Assembly: GCA_965222905.1 (NCBI GenBank)
Contig: OZ244976.1
Coordinates: 6,794,012-6,858,011 of the forward strand
Reading direction: 5' to 3'
Origin: Vicinamibacterales bacterium
GTDB taxonomy: Bacteria; Acidobacteriota; Vicinamibacteria; Vicinamibacterales; UBA8438
Length of the DNA stretch: 64,000 bases
Position numbers and translations under genes: made by a program. Below are positions 1-10,277 of this stretch, piece by piece (position 1 is the stretch's first letter; each line of letters starts with the position of its first letter). The notes below the pieces were generated by a model that worked only from the letters and a program-made list of their open reading frames with translations, did no database searches and was not told where the DNA came from.

Positions 1-186
1 CGTCAGCGGCTGCGGCTGGGCGGCCGGCACCGGCTCAGCAGACCGGCCGGCGTGCGTCGCACCGCCCTGGGATGAGCCGGCGGCGACACCGACGCTGCCG
101 ACCCCGATCTGCAGCAGGAGTGCCGCGGCGCACAACAGGCGTCTGGCCAGATCAACGAACCACATCACCTTCTGCTGTCGTTCCAT
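1..186 (-). CDS. 5' part of a putative secreted protein, running off the window edge
   Basis: ATG at 186; reads MERQQKVMWFVDLARRLLCAAALLLQIGVGSVGVAAG..., a signal-peptide-like stretch; open to base 1. Confidence 0.35.
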   Translation of the reverse strand, partial: MERQQKVMWFVDLARRLLCAAALLLQIGVGSVGVAAGSSQGGATHAGRSAEPVPAAQPQPLT

Positions 187-539
187 GCACGGCAGAATAG
201 CGGCTGCGAACGTGTTGGGAAAGGGGCGGCTGGTCACCAGGCAAGCGTAGGGCTGCGACTGCTACCGCCGAGGCAGAGGTCCCTGAGCTCGTCGTCGCCC
301 TCCTCGTCGAGGTTCCCGATCTCGAGTCCGAGCGGGTGGCCGACTCAAGCTTGGCCCGAAGACGCGGAAATCGTCGGCGAAGTCAGGCGGGTCGGCCGTA
401 GCCTGCCGCAACCGGCAGAAGGCGCCCGGGTCGACCGGCGGGCGAAGGGTGACTATCTGGCAATAGGCGGTCCGGTTGGCCTCAAGCCACTGGCGCTGGA
501 CGAGGCGGCGGAGCGGGAGCCTGCGCGTCGGGACCCGGT

Positions 540-1268
540 TTGTCGGGATCCTGGCGGCCGTTCCTGGAGATCAACATGCTCGACGTCGACGGGATCGACG
601 TCGACGAGTTGAAGCGATTCACGAAGAGCTCGTACGACCTCGACCACATCCTGAGCACGGCCAAGGACCTGAAGTACACCCGCGAGGTTCTTCGACTGCT
701 AACCGCCGAGTGGACCGATCCGTCCGAAGCGTTCGTCCGCCACTTCGCCGGACAGGTCTACGAAGGGGTGAAGACCAAGGCCGTGATCGAGCAGTTCACG
801 CGCGCCACGAAGAAGGCGCTCCACCAGTTCGTGGCGAAGCGCATCAGTGACAAGCTGAAGTCGGCGCTGGCGAGCACCGACCATGACGACGCTGCGGCGG
901 CGACCGACACCCCCGCAGAAGAGAGTGCGGCAACGACCGCTGCCGACACCGGTATCGTCACCACCGAGGACGAATGGCAGGCCTTCTACGCGGTGACGGC
1001 GATTCTCAGCGAAGAGGTGTCACCCAACAGAGTCGTCATCCGCGACGCCAAGAGTCTCTGCGCCATCCTGCTGGACAACACGAACCGACAGCCCATCTGT
1101 CGGCTGTACTTCAACAAGGGCCAAAAGAAGATCGGCCTGTTGAACGAGGAGAAGGCGGAAGAGCGGGTCGCGATAGATTCGATCAGCGACATCTTCGGCC
1201 ACGCAGAGCGGATCAAGGCGACGGTGCGGCGGTACGAGGCTGGTCGGAACGCCACGGCGGCCGAATAG
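540..1268 (+). pseudogene. C-terminal part of a type I restriction enzyme HsdR_N-like (restriction endonuclease-like) protein; N-terminal nuclease domain missing
   Basis: RPFLEINMLD...ELKRFTKSSYD...IVTTEDE...RDAKSLCAILLDNTNRQPICRLYFN matches the C-terminal half of this family as I recall it; no N-terminal half upstream. Confidence 0.6.
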
Positions 1269-1675
1269 TCGCCCTGTCGCGTCACAAGCGGCAGGACAGA
1301 ACAAGCAGGGCGCAAAGCGCCAAGCACCACAGAGGACGTCGGCCGGCCAACGAGCACGAGTTCAAGGGAACAGGCGCCGAGCAGGTCAGGCAGCCCGAAG
1401 TCTCCGGCAGGGATCGGCACCGACCCTCCTTCCCCATGGGGCGCGTTCATGGCAACCGCCGCGCACGCGCCAGGACCGGGCGGAGGCGCGCCCGGGCGGC
1501 ATCGTCATCGACGACCGGCGAATGAGGAACGCCATGAGGTTCAGTCTGGCCCTGCATGGATCCAGACCGGCGTCTGGGGAAACTGAAGCTGCACATCAGC
1601 GAACGGTGCAACGAGGGCGTCGACAGCAACGCGCTGACAGCCGAAGGCGTCGTGATGAAGTGTCAGAATCCTGAA

Positions 1676-2575
1676 ATGCCTGCCGAGCCTCTCTCCCGCA
1701 TCGTGCTTGCAGCCGTGCTCGCGGCCCTGCTGAGTGCTCCTCAAACGGCTTCCGCACAGCTGGCGTCCGGGTTCAGCATGACGACCGGCATCCCGGATGA
1801 GCCCCCGGAATCCGCGGACGAGTGTGCTCCGCTGCGTCCCGGTACGGAAGACGACGTGCGGCTGACGCCCACGGGTGTTCTGACGCTCGAGTTCCACTCC
1901 GTGTGCCTGCACCGATGGGCGCAGGGCGAGGACCTGGCCGAAGTGACACTGCAGGTTTCCGCCTACCTGCACGCGTCCGGCAACGTCGAACGCCTCCTGC
2001 ACGTGCCGAGCTGGACCGTCTCCGAGCGTTCGGTGGGTGTCCACGTCCGTCGCAGCCGGTCCCGTTCCGCGCGCCTCGAGGTCGATCGTCTCGCACCCGC
2101 GTTCCCACCCGCGGTCATCGACATTGACGGGACCGGCGCGGCCGTCGACGACGCGCTCGAGGTCACGGTGACCGAAACGGGCACGGGCCAGGACTTCACC
2201 GTGCGGGTTCCGGTCCAGGAGGAGCGCACGCACATCGGGCTGACCGACTCCTTCCTGTTCATCAAGCGTCTGCGTCCGTCCCGTGACGTCCCCGCCGGCG
2301 TCGACATCCGTGCCGTCAACTTCGAGGCCACCCCCGGCATCACGCACCGCCTGCAGTTCTCGCTCGGCAGTCCTTCGCGCCGCCGCTGGCTGAGCATCGG
2401 GCTCGGCTACAACGTCTCCTTCATCGACTGGGGCGGGGAGGACAAGGGCATCGGCGCCGGGCCCATCGTCACGTTCATGGACGACGCATTGCAGCTGACG
2501 TTCGGCTGGGCCCTGAACGCGCGTACCGCGCGGATGTACTACGGTGTCGGGTTCAGCGTGGTGGGCCTGCGCTGA
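1676..2575 (+). CDS. Secreted hypothetical protein with a beta-strand-rich C-terminus (possible outer-membrane protein)
   Basis: Signal peptide MPAEPLSRIVLAAVLAALLSAPQTASA; C-terminal alternating strands (SIGLGYNVSF, LQLTFGWAL, YYGVGFSV). Confidence 0.6.
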   Translation: MPAEPLSRIVLAAVLAALLSAPQTASAQLASGFSMTTGIPDEPPESADECAPLRPGTEDDVRLTPTGVLTLEFHSVCLHRWAQGEDLAEVTLQVSAYLHASGNVERLLHVPSWTVSERSVGVHVRRSRSRSARLEVDRLAPAFPPAVIDIDGTGAAVDDALEVTVTETGTGQDFTVRVPVQEERTHIGLTDSFLFIKRLRPSRDVPAGVDIRAVNFEATPGITHRLQFSLGSPSRRRWLSIGLGYNVSFIDWGGEDKGIGAGPIVTFMDDALQLTFGWALNARTARMYYGVGFSVVGLR

Positions 2576-2840
2576 GCTTCCGGCCGACGCCCGATACGCA
2601 ACTCCGTGCCGGCGACCGAAGCCCCGCTGCGATACCGGGGCAGACCGGGAAGAGCGAGCACGTACGCGGTGGGCGGCCAGTGGAGGGAAACCGCGTAGAG
2701 CGGTCGTTCGAGAAACTGACGCCCGGGACGCCCTCGAGCAGCGTGAACGGCGAACGAGGAACGGTGCCCCCGTGCGGGGACGGGGCCGAGGCGACCAAGG
2801 CCAGCAACAGGCCAGCGGCGAACGACGTGGGACCGGCCAT
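2576..2840 (-). pseudogene. Frameshifted, truncated paralog of the secreted protein at 7104-7775
   Basis: SPFTLLEGVPGVSFSNDR / YAVSLHWPPTAYVLALPGLPRYRSGA vs SPFTPLEGLRGVTFSNDRYAVSLHWPAVSYAMELPGLPAHRSGA; 2-nt insertion near 2700; ATG overlaps the upstream stop (TGATG). Confidence 0.7.
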
Positions 2841-3337
2841 CAACGATGGGGGCAGTTGAGCGCATCGAGCGCCCGGCCTGCGCCTGTCAGCTGGAACTCG
2901 TCGCCGACCGTGTCTGCCGGGTACTGCGTGGCCCACACCCTCAGATACGGATGGCGGCGCAGGTTGTCGAAGAAGCCGAGAGCCTGCGGATCGTACCGCA
3001 ACCCGGCAGCGTCGTCGCCGGGCCACGTCATGAGATAGGCCACCTCATGGTCGTCGTCGAGAGACCAATGCTGCCGCTCGACGAGACCGTCGCCACCCCA
3101 CTCGAGGACGACTGACCCGTCCGCGAGGACGGCGTCGCCGGTGAAACCGAAGGCGAGGACGTAGAAGCCGCCGCGGCAATCGACCAGCATTCGGGTCTGT
3201 CCATAGACGCCGTCGGCGAGAGCCATGACCGTCCGCTGGCCCGTCAGATCGTCGACGACCGGCATCGACCGCCATTGCGCGGCCGCCGAGGAAGCCAGCA
3301 GGAAGAAGAGGCAGGAAACGGCCGCGACACGGATCAT
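2840..3337 (-). CDS. Secreted hypothetical protein, 165 aa
   Basis: AAGGAGG RBS before the ATG at 3337; signal peptide MIRVAAVSCLFFLLASSAAAQ. Confidence 0.7.
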   Translation of the reverse strand: MIRVAAVSCLFFLLASSAAAQWRSMPVVDDLTGQRTVMALADGVYGQTRMLVDCRGGFYVLAFGFTGDAVLADGSVVLEWGGDGLVERQHWSLDDDHEVAYLMTWPGDDAAGLRYDPQALGFFDNLRRHPYLRVWATQYPADTVGDEFQLTGAGRALDALNCPHR

Positions 3338-3460
3338 GTGAACCTCCTTGAGCAGGACACGGAAGTATAGAGAGCAGACGTCGAAACAGGACCTTCGCCG
3401 GATCAGCGGCTTGCGGCGATGCCGCTGGGAGGCGGAACCCCGTGGGAGAATCAAAGACCG

Positions 3461-4726
3461 ATGGACATCAACCAGGACCGCATCTGGTATCTCAAGCTCC
3501 ACTGGCAGGTGCTCGGCGCCATGCTCCTCGGCGCCCTCGCCGGCCTGATCTTCGGCGAGGGAGCCGCCAACACCGTCGGCTGGGTCGGGGACCTCTTCAT
3601 GCGCCTGCTGCGCATGGTCATCGTTCCCCTGGTCCTGGCCTCCATCGTCTCGGGGGTCGCCTCGATCAGCGGCGGGCGGGCCATCGGACGCCTGTTCGGC
3701 AAGACGCTCGGCTACTACTTGCTGACGAGCTTCCTCGCCGCGACCACCGGCCTCGTGGTCGTCAACCTGTTCCGGCCGGGGGTGGGCGCCTCCCTCGGCA
3801 ACGCCGCGGCGAGCGCGCAGATGCCCGAGCTCGACGCCCCCACGTCGGGCGTCGAGCTGCTCCTCGGCATCGTGCCGACGAACGTGCTCTCGTCGGCAGC
3901 CGCGGGCGACATGCTGCCCATCATCTTCTTCAGCATCGTGCTGGGGACCGCGATCGCCAACCTGAAGGCGGACGACGCCCGCGGCACCCTGATCGGGTTC
4001 TTCAACGCGTTCTTCCAGGCGATGGTCGCCCTGACCTCGGGCATCGTCAGGCTGCTGCCCATCGGCGTTTTCGCACTGATCACGCGGATGGTCGGCACCA
4101 CCGGGTTCGAGTCGTTCGAGCCGCTGATCTGGTACTTCCTGACCGTGGCGACCGGGCTGACCATCCACCTCTTCGTCACCCTGCCACTGGCCCTCGTCGT
4201 GCTCGCGCGCATCTCCCCCGCCATCCACTTCAAGAACCTGCGCAACCCGCTGCTGATCGCGTTCTCGACCAGCTCGGCAGCCGCAACGCTCCCGGTAACG
4301 ATGCGCACGGCCGAGGAACGGGTGGGGATCTCGAACAGGATCTCGTCGTTCGTCCTCCCCATGGGCGCGACCGTGAACATGGACGGTACCGCGATCTTCG
4401 AGTGCGTAGGGGCTCTGTTCATCGCCCAGGCCATCGGGTTCGACCTGTCGCTCGGCGCGCAGACGGTGGCCGTGATGACGGCGCTGCTCGCCTCGATCGG
4501 CGCGGCGTCAGTGCCGTCGGCCGGGCTCGTGGTGATCTTCATCGTGCTCGACGCCATCGGGCTCGGCGGCCACCCCGGGGCCGAGGCCATCGTCCTCGCC
4601 ATGCTGGCCATCGACCGTCCGCTGGACATGTACCGGACCGCCGTCAACGTCTTCAGCGACTCGTGCGGCGCCGCGATCATCGCCCGCTCGGAGGGCGAGG
4701 ACGGAATCGACACCGAAGTGAGGTAA
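3461..4726 (+). CDS. Dicarboxylate/amino acid:cation symporter (DAACS, GltP-like)
   Basis: Multiple TM helices; family motifs AFSTSSAAATLP, LPMGATVNMDGTA, ASIGAASVPSAG, DRPLDMYRTAVNV. Confidence 0.95.
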   Translation: MDINQDRIWYLKLHWQVLGAMLLGALAGLIFGEGAANTVGWVGDLFMRLLRMVIVPLVLASIVSGVASISGGRAIGRLFGKTLGYYLLTSFLAATTGLVVVNLFRPGVGASLGNAAASAQMPELDAPTSGVELLLGIVPTNVLSSAAAGDMLPIIFFSIVLGTAIANLKADDARGTLIGFFNAFFQAMVALTSGIVRLLPIGVFALITRMVGTTGFESFEPLIWYFLTVATGLTIHLFVTLPLALVVLARISPAIHFKNLRNPLLIAFSTSSAAATLPVTMRTAEERVGISNRISSFVLPMGATVNMDGTAIFECVGALFIAQAIGFDLSLGAQTVAVMTALLASIGAASVPSAGLVVIFIVLDAIGLGGHPGAEAIVLAMLAIDRPLDMYRTAVNVFSDSCGAAIIARSEGEDGIDTEVR

Positions 4727-4967
4727 CAGCGCGTGGTGAAGGCCGTACTGCGGGCGCCGCATGGCGGGCGAGGCTTCCACTCGGCCACGTCGGCCACTGA
4801 TGGCTCTCGGGCAGCCTCCCTACCCCCGGTGCCCCGGCCGGCGGCGACGATCCTGACCACCACGCGCTCCGAGCCGTAGTCCTGTCAACGGGCCAGGAAG
4901 TACCGTGTCAAGGCGACCGATAGAAGAAAGTTCACCCGCCCGGCTGCGGGCTTGTCACAGAGCCGCT

Positions 4968-5105
4968 CTACCAGCCGAGCGTGCCCCGGCCCATGAGCCC
5001 GTTGCTGGTTTCGCCCTGCATCGGCATCTCCCGCCGCTGCGCGTCCACGCCCAGCTCGAAGCTCACGTTGCCCCGGTCGAGCACCCCGATGATGATCCGG
5101 ATCAT
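4968..5105 (-). CDS. Small ORF (45 aa), not in the supplied track
   Basis: AGGAGAG RBS then ATG: MIRIIIGVLDRGNVSFELGVDAQRREMPMQGETSNGLMGRGTLGW*; high GC3. Confidence 0.35.
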   Translation of the reverse strand: MIRIIIGVLDRGNVSFELGVDAQRREMPMQGETSNGLMGRGTLGW

Positions 5106-5162
5106 CTCGCCTCTCCTGGTCTCAACCCTTTGCGCGCAGCCTCTCCCGCGGACGGCGCGTCC

Positions 5163-5735
5163 TCATCGCCGTCCACCGCGACCCACGCCGAACAGGCGGA
5201 TGAGGCCCGCCTCGTACAGCCGGCGGCAGTCGGTGGCGTCGCGGCCGCGGTCGTCATCCAGCAGCGTGCCGGCCATGCCCCTGCCGCTGAAGCGGATGTC
5301 GTCGCACTCGCGGTCTCGCGCGTACTCGCTGCTGTCGTCCCCGAAGTCGATCCGGCCCGAGACCGGGTCGACGCCGAACAGGCGGATGAGCCCCGCGTCG
5401 TACAGTTGGCGGCAGTCGGTGGCGTCGTGGCCCCGGTCTTCCGCGAGCAGCGTCCCGCTCATGTAGGTCCCCTCGAACCGCGGGTCGTCGCACTCGCGGT
5501 CCCTGGCCCAGGCACTGCTGTCGTCGCCGAAGTCGACGCTCCACTGCGCGTTGCCGCCGCGGTACGACTGTCGCGCGGGTGCCTCGCGAGGCGTTCTTCC
5601 GCCGCTGTTCCCTGACGGCGGTCCGAGTCCGGACTCGAGTGCCGTCCCGATCGCGCCGGCTCCTGCCGGCGTTGCCAGGTGCAGTGTCGCAGCCGCCAGG
5701 AAACAGAGACCGTATTTCCTCTTCGTCTCGACCAT
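5163..5735 (-). CDS. Secreted protein with two tandem acidic Cys-pair repeats (DFGDDSS..RECDD..RF...DATDCR)
   Basis: N-terminal signal-like segment; two repeats of about 55-60 aa visible in protein and DNA. Confidence 0.75.
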   Translation of the reverse strand: MVETKRKYGLCFLAAATLHLATPAGAGAIGTALESGLGPPSGNSGGRTPREAPARQSYRGGNAQWSVDFGDDSSAWARDRECDDPRFEGTYMSGTLLAEDRGHDATDCRQLYDAGLIRLFGVDPVSGRIDFGDDSSEYARDRECDDIRFSGRGMAGTLLDDDRGRDATDCRRLYEAGLIRLFGVGRGGRR

Positions 5736-6070
5736 CGTTGTTTTCCCCCGAGTTCCGGTCCTCACGGCACCGCGGCGTAGCGGCGCTTGTCGGCTGAAGG
5801 GTACCGGCCTGCGGTCGTCGTCCCGGATGCGGCGCGGCGCAAACCGTTGGTCTTCCGTCCGGGCTCGTCGCGGTCGTTCGGTGCCGCAGGGCAGGATCTC
5901 TGCCCTCGCGTTGGACCCCGCGGGGTTCTCCGTCCTCTGGGATCTGGAGACCGCACCCCCGCCGCGATGGTGCATCCCGCTCCCCCTACACTTCGTCTCG
6001 GAGAAACCGCTGGCGGCGGCTCCCCGCCGGCGTCTGTCCTGGGCCGGGGCTGCCAGAGAGGCTGAACAGC

Positions 6071-6487
6071 ATGAGACGGTTTACCGGCTTTAGCCGGCCC
6101 GGGCGTGAGATTCAGGTGGTCAAGCAGGGGTGGAGCTGGCCCGCCTTCTTCTTCAACGTCCTCTGGGCCCTGTGGCACCGCATGTGGCTCCTGGCCTTCG
6201 GTGCGTGGCTGGGCGAAACCCTCGCTCCTGCGTTCCTGACCTTCGCTTTCGAGTCTCTGAGCCGCGCCGGTGTCGACGCGTTCCCCCTGGTCCTCTCGGC
6301 AGGCTTGGCCTTCGCGCTTGGTGTCCCTCTCGCCTTCGGCGGCTGGGGCAATTCGTGGCGGCGCGACCACCTTCGGTCGCGTGGTTTCGCGGAGTGCGGC
6401 ACCGTGGCTGCTCCGTCGGTGGCGGTTGCCGAGCGGCTGCTCCTCACGCCTGCCGGCGCGTCGGGGTCCGGGTCCGGCGACCGGTGA
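6071..6487 (+). CDS. DUF2628-like membrane protein
   Basis: VKQGWSWPAFFFNVLWALWHRMW motif followed by TM segments. Confidence 0.7.
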   Translation: MRRFTGFSRPGREIQVVKQGWSWPAFFFNVLWALWHRMWLLAFGAWLGETLAPAFLTFAFESLSRAGVDAFPLVLSAGLAFALGVPLAFGGWGNSWRRDHLRSRGFAECGTVAAPSVAVAERLLLTPAGASGSGSGDR

Positions 6488-7095
6488 TCCGAACGGTGTT
6501 GGAGTCTTCTGCCATGACGCATGGAGCCGTAGCGGGCTTTCGTCCCAAGAGTCAGGTGCTGCAGGCTGCCGCGGTCGGGGCCTGTGTCGTCGCCGCCTTC
6601 GCGGGCGGCCTTCCGCTCGCCCTGCTGTCCGGTGTGGTTGCCGTCCTCTACCTGACCGGCGGCAAGTACGTCGACGTCGACTGTGCCGCAGGTCGCGTTA
6701 CGACCCGGTGGCGCTTCGCCGGCCTTGCGTTGGCGGTCGTCGATACCCCCGTGCGGATCAGCCGCCTCGAGTTGCGGCCGGAGTGGATGGCCCGTTCCTC
6801 GGGCGACGGTTACGTCGACCGCAAGGGTTCGATGGTCTACGACCTGGTGCTCGTCGGCGCCCCGTTGGACGACGACGGCGAAGACGAGGTGGTCATCGAT
6901 CTGAAGGAAGACCAGGTCTTCTTCGGTGCGTCGGAACGCAGGGCCCGGACAGCAGCCAGCGCCCTGCGCTTGCCCCTGGCGGTCCGTTGGGACCGGCTCT
7001 TCTCCGATCTCGCCCCGACCGAGCGGCAGTGCGGCGAGTGGACGGACCCTCTCGTCTATCCGTCCGCGCTCGGAGATTGGCGCCGGTGGCTCTGA
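6484..7095 (+). CDS. Membrane-anchored hypothetical protein
   Basis: GTG overlaps the upstream stop (GTGA); N-terminal TM pair followed by a beta-rich soluble region. Confidence 0.6.
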   Translation: MIRTVLESSAMTHGAVAGFRPKSQVLQAAAVGACVVAAFAGGLPLALLSGVVAVLYLTGGKYVDVDCAAGRVTTRWRFAGLALAVVDTPVRISRLELRPEWMARSSGDGYVDRKGSMVYDLVLVGAPLDDDGEDEVVIDLKEDQVFFGASERRARTAASALRLPLAVRWDRLFSDLAPTERQCGEWTDPLVYPSALGDWRRWL

Positions 7096-7103
7096 GGGCG
7101 CCT

Positions 7104-7775
7104 TTGTGGACGCGGTTGTCGGCGGCGCTGGCCGTCCTCGCTGTCGCGTCGGTCCCGCCGACGCCGGCGCCGGCCCTCGGCGCGGGCGTTGCCGAGCTCT
7201 CGCCGTTCACGCCGCTCGAGGGTCTGCGCGGCGTCACTTTCTCGAACGACCGCTACGCCGTGTCGCTTCACTGGCCCGCGGTCTCCTATGCGATGGAGCT
7301 TCCCGGCCTTCCCGCGCACCGCTCCGGGGCTCTGCCGGTTGGTACCGAGTTGCGCGTCGGCTGCCGCGCGGACAACGGCCGCCCGGGCTATGGTGTTGCT
7401 CCCGCCCGCGCGGTTCTGGAGCTGCGCCGCCATCCGGCCGCCCGGGCGACCTACGGTCTCTTGCACCCGATGTTCTGGATCCTCGGTTTGACGGGCAACG
7501 ATGTCGGGCGCACCAGTCTGGGCGTTTCGCTCACCGGCTTGCCCGCTCCGATCGCCGTTGTCCTCGAGAACCCGCGCGTGTACGACCTCGGGGGCCGGCT
7601 TCCGATGCGCGTCGCCGGGCTGCCGGCCGCGCATGTGCTCTCCTTGATTGCTCAATCGTCGGCACTCGATCTGGCTGGCGAGGGACCGCGGACCGCGATC
7701 TCCGTCCGCTTTGCCGCGGCACCGGCCCTTGTGCCGGCGGCTGCGGCGATGCTCGCGCATTGCCCCTCCACCTGA
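7104..7775 (+). CDS. Secreted hypothetical protein (intact paralog of 2576-2840)
   Basis: TTG start just after the previous stop; signal peptide; similarity to the pseudogene at 2576-2840 supports coding status. Confidence 0.6.
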   Translation: MWTRLSAALAVLAVASVPPTPAPALGAGVAELSPFTPLEGLRGVTFSNDRYAVSLHWPAVSYAMELPGLPAHRSGALPVGTELRVGCRADNGRPGYGVAPARAVLELRRHPAARATYGLLHPMFWILGLTGNDVGRTSLGVSLTGLPAPIAVVLENPRVYDLGGRLPMRVAGLPAAHVLSLIAQSSALDLAGEGPRTAISVRFAAAPALVPAAAAMLAHCPST

Positions 7776-8216
7776 ACGTTGGTGAATGCGCCGGTCCGCG
7801 TTCGCATCCGGTACTGCGTTCATGTCGACGACGGCGAGGTCGAGGTTCTCGAAGCGATGGTGAGGTTGGGGCACCAGCAGCTCTCTACCTGTGCGGGCGT
7901 CGCCGCTGCCAGCCGCGCGGTCTCGATGGCGCCGCACCGTCGTCGGCTCGCGCCCGTCGGTCGCGGCCAGGGTGATTTCCCTGGAGGTCAGGTTCAGCAT
8001 GGTCTGTCTCCGGTTGGCGACGAAATCGCCTCATGTACGGTTCGGGGTAGTCGTTTCCGCGGGGGAATCGACTACCCCGGCTTGTTTCGCGGTCGATTCG
8101 GCCCGTCGCTTCGCGGATGGGATGCGCGGTTGCGCTGGGTCGGTTCGGCCAGGCGCGCTTGCGGGTATCCGGCGCTGCGCCCGCCCTGGGTTCGGCTGTC
8201 CGTCTTCGATCAATAA

Positions 8217-8582
8217 TTGTTGCTCATGATCGATCTGGTCTTCTCCCCCGTCGTAGCCGGCACTGTCTTCGCCCTTTGCGCTGTGGCCCCGCTCACCTTT
8301 GCCTTGGAGTTTGCTGACGGGAGTTCGGGCGAGGTCGTGCCCGACTGGCTCGCCGTCTGCCGTGTCGTGTCGTTCCTGGCGATGATCGCGGCTTGTGGCT
8401 GGCTGTGGTCGACGAACGCAACCGACGCAACCCTCCGCCGTGCGGCTGCGCGGGGCGTTCCGGTTGCCGCGATCGTCGAACGCTGCGATCGGCTCGAGCC
8501 CCTGGGCTCGCTCGACGACTGCCTGAAGGCCGGCATCCGGCGCTACGAGCTTCGCAGCGAGATCGCCGACGCGCTCAACTGA
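8217..8582 (+). CDS. Small membrane hypothetical protein
   Basis: Two hydrophobic segments; plausible codon usage. Confidence 0.45.
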   Translation: MLLMIDLVFSPVVAGTVFALCAVAPLTFALEFADGSSGEVVPDWLAVCRVVSFLAMIAACGWLWSTNATDATLRRAAARGVPVAAIVERCDRLEPLGSLDDCLKAGIRRYELRSEIADALN

Positions 8583-9054
8583 TCGCGCGCTGGCCGCTCC
8601 CTCCGGTCGACATCGGTGTCCGCTTCTTCCTTCGGCGGCAGCCGGATCAGGTCCCGGTGTCCGAGCTCCTCGCGCAGCGGCACCAGATCGAGCTCCGAGC
8701 CGTCGTCGAAGTGCACCGTCAGGCCCTGACGGCGCCCGCCGAGCCGTTCGGCCACGGCCAGCACTCCCTTCGCGTAGTCGACCGGTCGCCGGTGGAGGGG
8801 ACGCTGTTCATCGTGCCGGCGCACCAGGCCGCCTCGGCCGCGGTGAGCCCGCCCGGGCCGAGCTTGCTCGCCGCGGCCTGCATCTCCTCCGCCGTCGCCG
8901 GCACCAGCCTGTGGCGGTGGGTCTCCGGCCAGCCGGTCCGCCGGCGTCCGTCCGCGAGCGCCGCGTGCATGCCCGGTCCGGCGCCGACCGGCTCGTCTCC
9001 GTCGTACAGGATCCAGCCGGCGCCCTTCTGCCGGCGCTCTTCGGCGTCGTTCAT
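8543..9054 (-). pseudogene. Hypothetical protein, apparently frameshifted near 8825
   Basis: MNDAEERRQKGAGWILYDG... continues in an adjacent frame as ...RPVDYAKGVLAVAERL...LTVHFDDGSELDL. Confidence 0.3.
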
Positions 9055-9113
9055 CGTGCTCCTCCTGCTGCAGGTCTTCGGTCGCGCTCGCTCTTCATCC
9101 CCGGTCGCCTCCG

Positions 9114-9425
9114 CTACGTGCGGTCGAGCACCTTCCTCGCCTCGCGCGCCGCGCGCTCGGCGCTCTCGAACCCGGTATGCGGCCAGGCCACGCTGGGGCG
9201 TCCTTCTCGCGACAGGCCGCCGTCGCCGTCCAGCCATAGACGGTGCAGTCCGTCGGTGCACCGCTCGACGGCCACCACCCGTTCGATGTGCGGGCACGCC
9301 GAGGGCGTCTTCTGGCGCTCCATGACGTGGGTCGTGCCGATGAGATCGAGGTTCTCTGCCGCGATCCGATCGGCGGTCTCGTAGTCGCCGCGCAGCGCGG
9401 CGCTGGTGACGGACGTTGCGGTCAT
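9114..9425 (-). CDS. Hypothetical protein
   Basis: GGAG RBS; MTATSVTSAALRGDYETADRIAAENLD... Confidence 0.45.
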   Translation of the reverse strand: MTATSVTSAALRGDYETADRIAAENLDLIGTTHVMERQKTPSACPHIERVVAVERCTDGLHRLWLDGDGGLSREGRPSVAWPHTGFESAERAAREARKVLDRT

Positions 9426-9648
9426 CGTGGTCTCCCGGTGCGCGAAGCTGTCGGCGCGTTCCTGCCGTTCTTCGCGGTCTCTCGGTCGCTCCAACGCGTT
9501 GGGGCGGGTTGCAGCGCGCGTCTCGGCGCGCCCGCGGTGGGTGAGGTTCCCGGTGCTCTCTGGATCTCTGGGGGGGGGCGATTCGTCGGGCGTTCGTGCG
9601 CCTGCTCACGTGGGACGCTTTCGCTGATGGTTGGGGTCCGGTGCCTGT

Positions 9649-9921
9649 TCAGCCGGCTTGCTCGTCACGTCCGAGCCAGTCCCAGACCGTTGGCATCGTG
9701 TATCCCGCGTAGAAGCGCGTCAGCTTGAAAACGACGGCGTCGGCGACCCGATCTTTCCCCTTGATCCCGGCCGTGACGGCCACATCTTCCGGCAGGTCTT
9801 CGGCTCGAACGAGCGACACCGTGTCGTTCAGGCTGTGCACGTCCGAGTACGCCTCGTGGAGTCGTTTCAACGACTCAGCGTTCGGCTTGTCGAGGACCAC
9901 TGCGAAGACTGCGCTCGCCAT
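9649..9921 (-). CDS. Small alpha/beta hypothetical protein, 90 aa
   Basis: AGGAG RBS before the ATG at 9921 (MASAVFAVVLDKPN...WDWL). Confidence 0.6.
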   Translation of the reverse strand: MASAVFAVVLDKPNAESLKRLHEAYSDVHSLNDTVSLVRAEDLPEDVAVTAGIKGKDRVADAVVFKLTRFYAGYTMPTVWDWLGRDEQAG

Positions 9922-10277
9922 CTGGAATCTCCTACGCTCTGGACTGCGGCGTGTTCTGCCCGGAGCGCCGGCCTCGTGTTCGGCGTCTACCAGACGCGGA
10001 TCGATGACGAGAGCCTTATATCGGCGCTCGGCAAGCATCGCCAGGTTGTCCACCGCGTTCTACGCCGGGCGAAGGAGTATCGCGAACGTGTTGGTCGGGC
10101 GCAACCGCCGTGTGAGGCCGGAACACGCCGGAGCTGGCCGTGAGGCGTCAGTCTCGCTACCCCGCCGTGCGTTTCATGGATCTATGCCACTCCTGCGGTT
10201 CCTTGAGATTGGTTCAGCCGGCTCGACGTTCCTCGATCGGTCCGAAGGATCAAACTGAGACACTACCGTGGTTCGGG

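Noticed and set aside
7779-8216. ORFs at 7779-8216 (+) and 7056-8000 (-)
   Set aside because: Neither shows convincing protein-like composition throughout; at most a degraded small gene starting at 8000 (-).
9649-9921. Possible Cas2-like small protein
   Set aside because: Only size and an alpha/beta pattern suggest it; no cas genes or array nearby.
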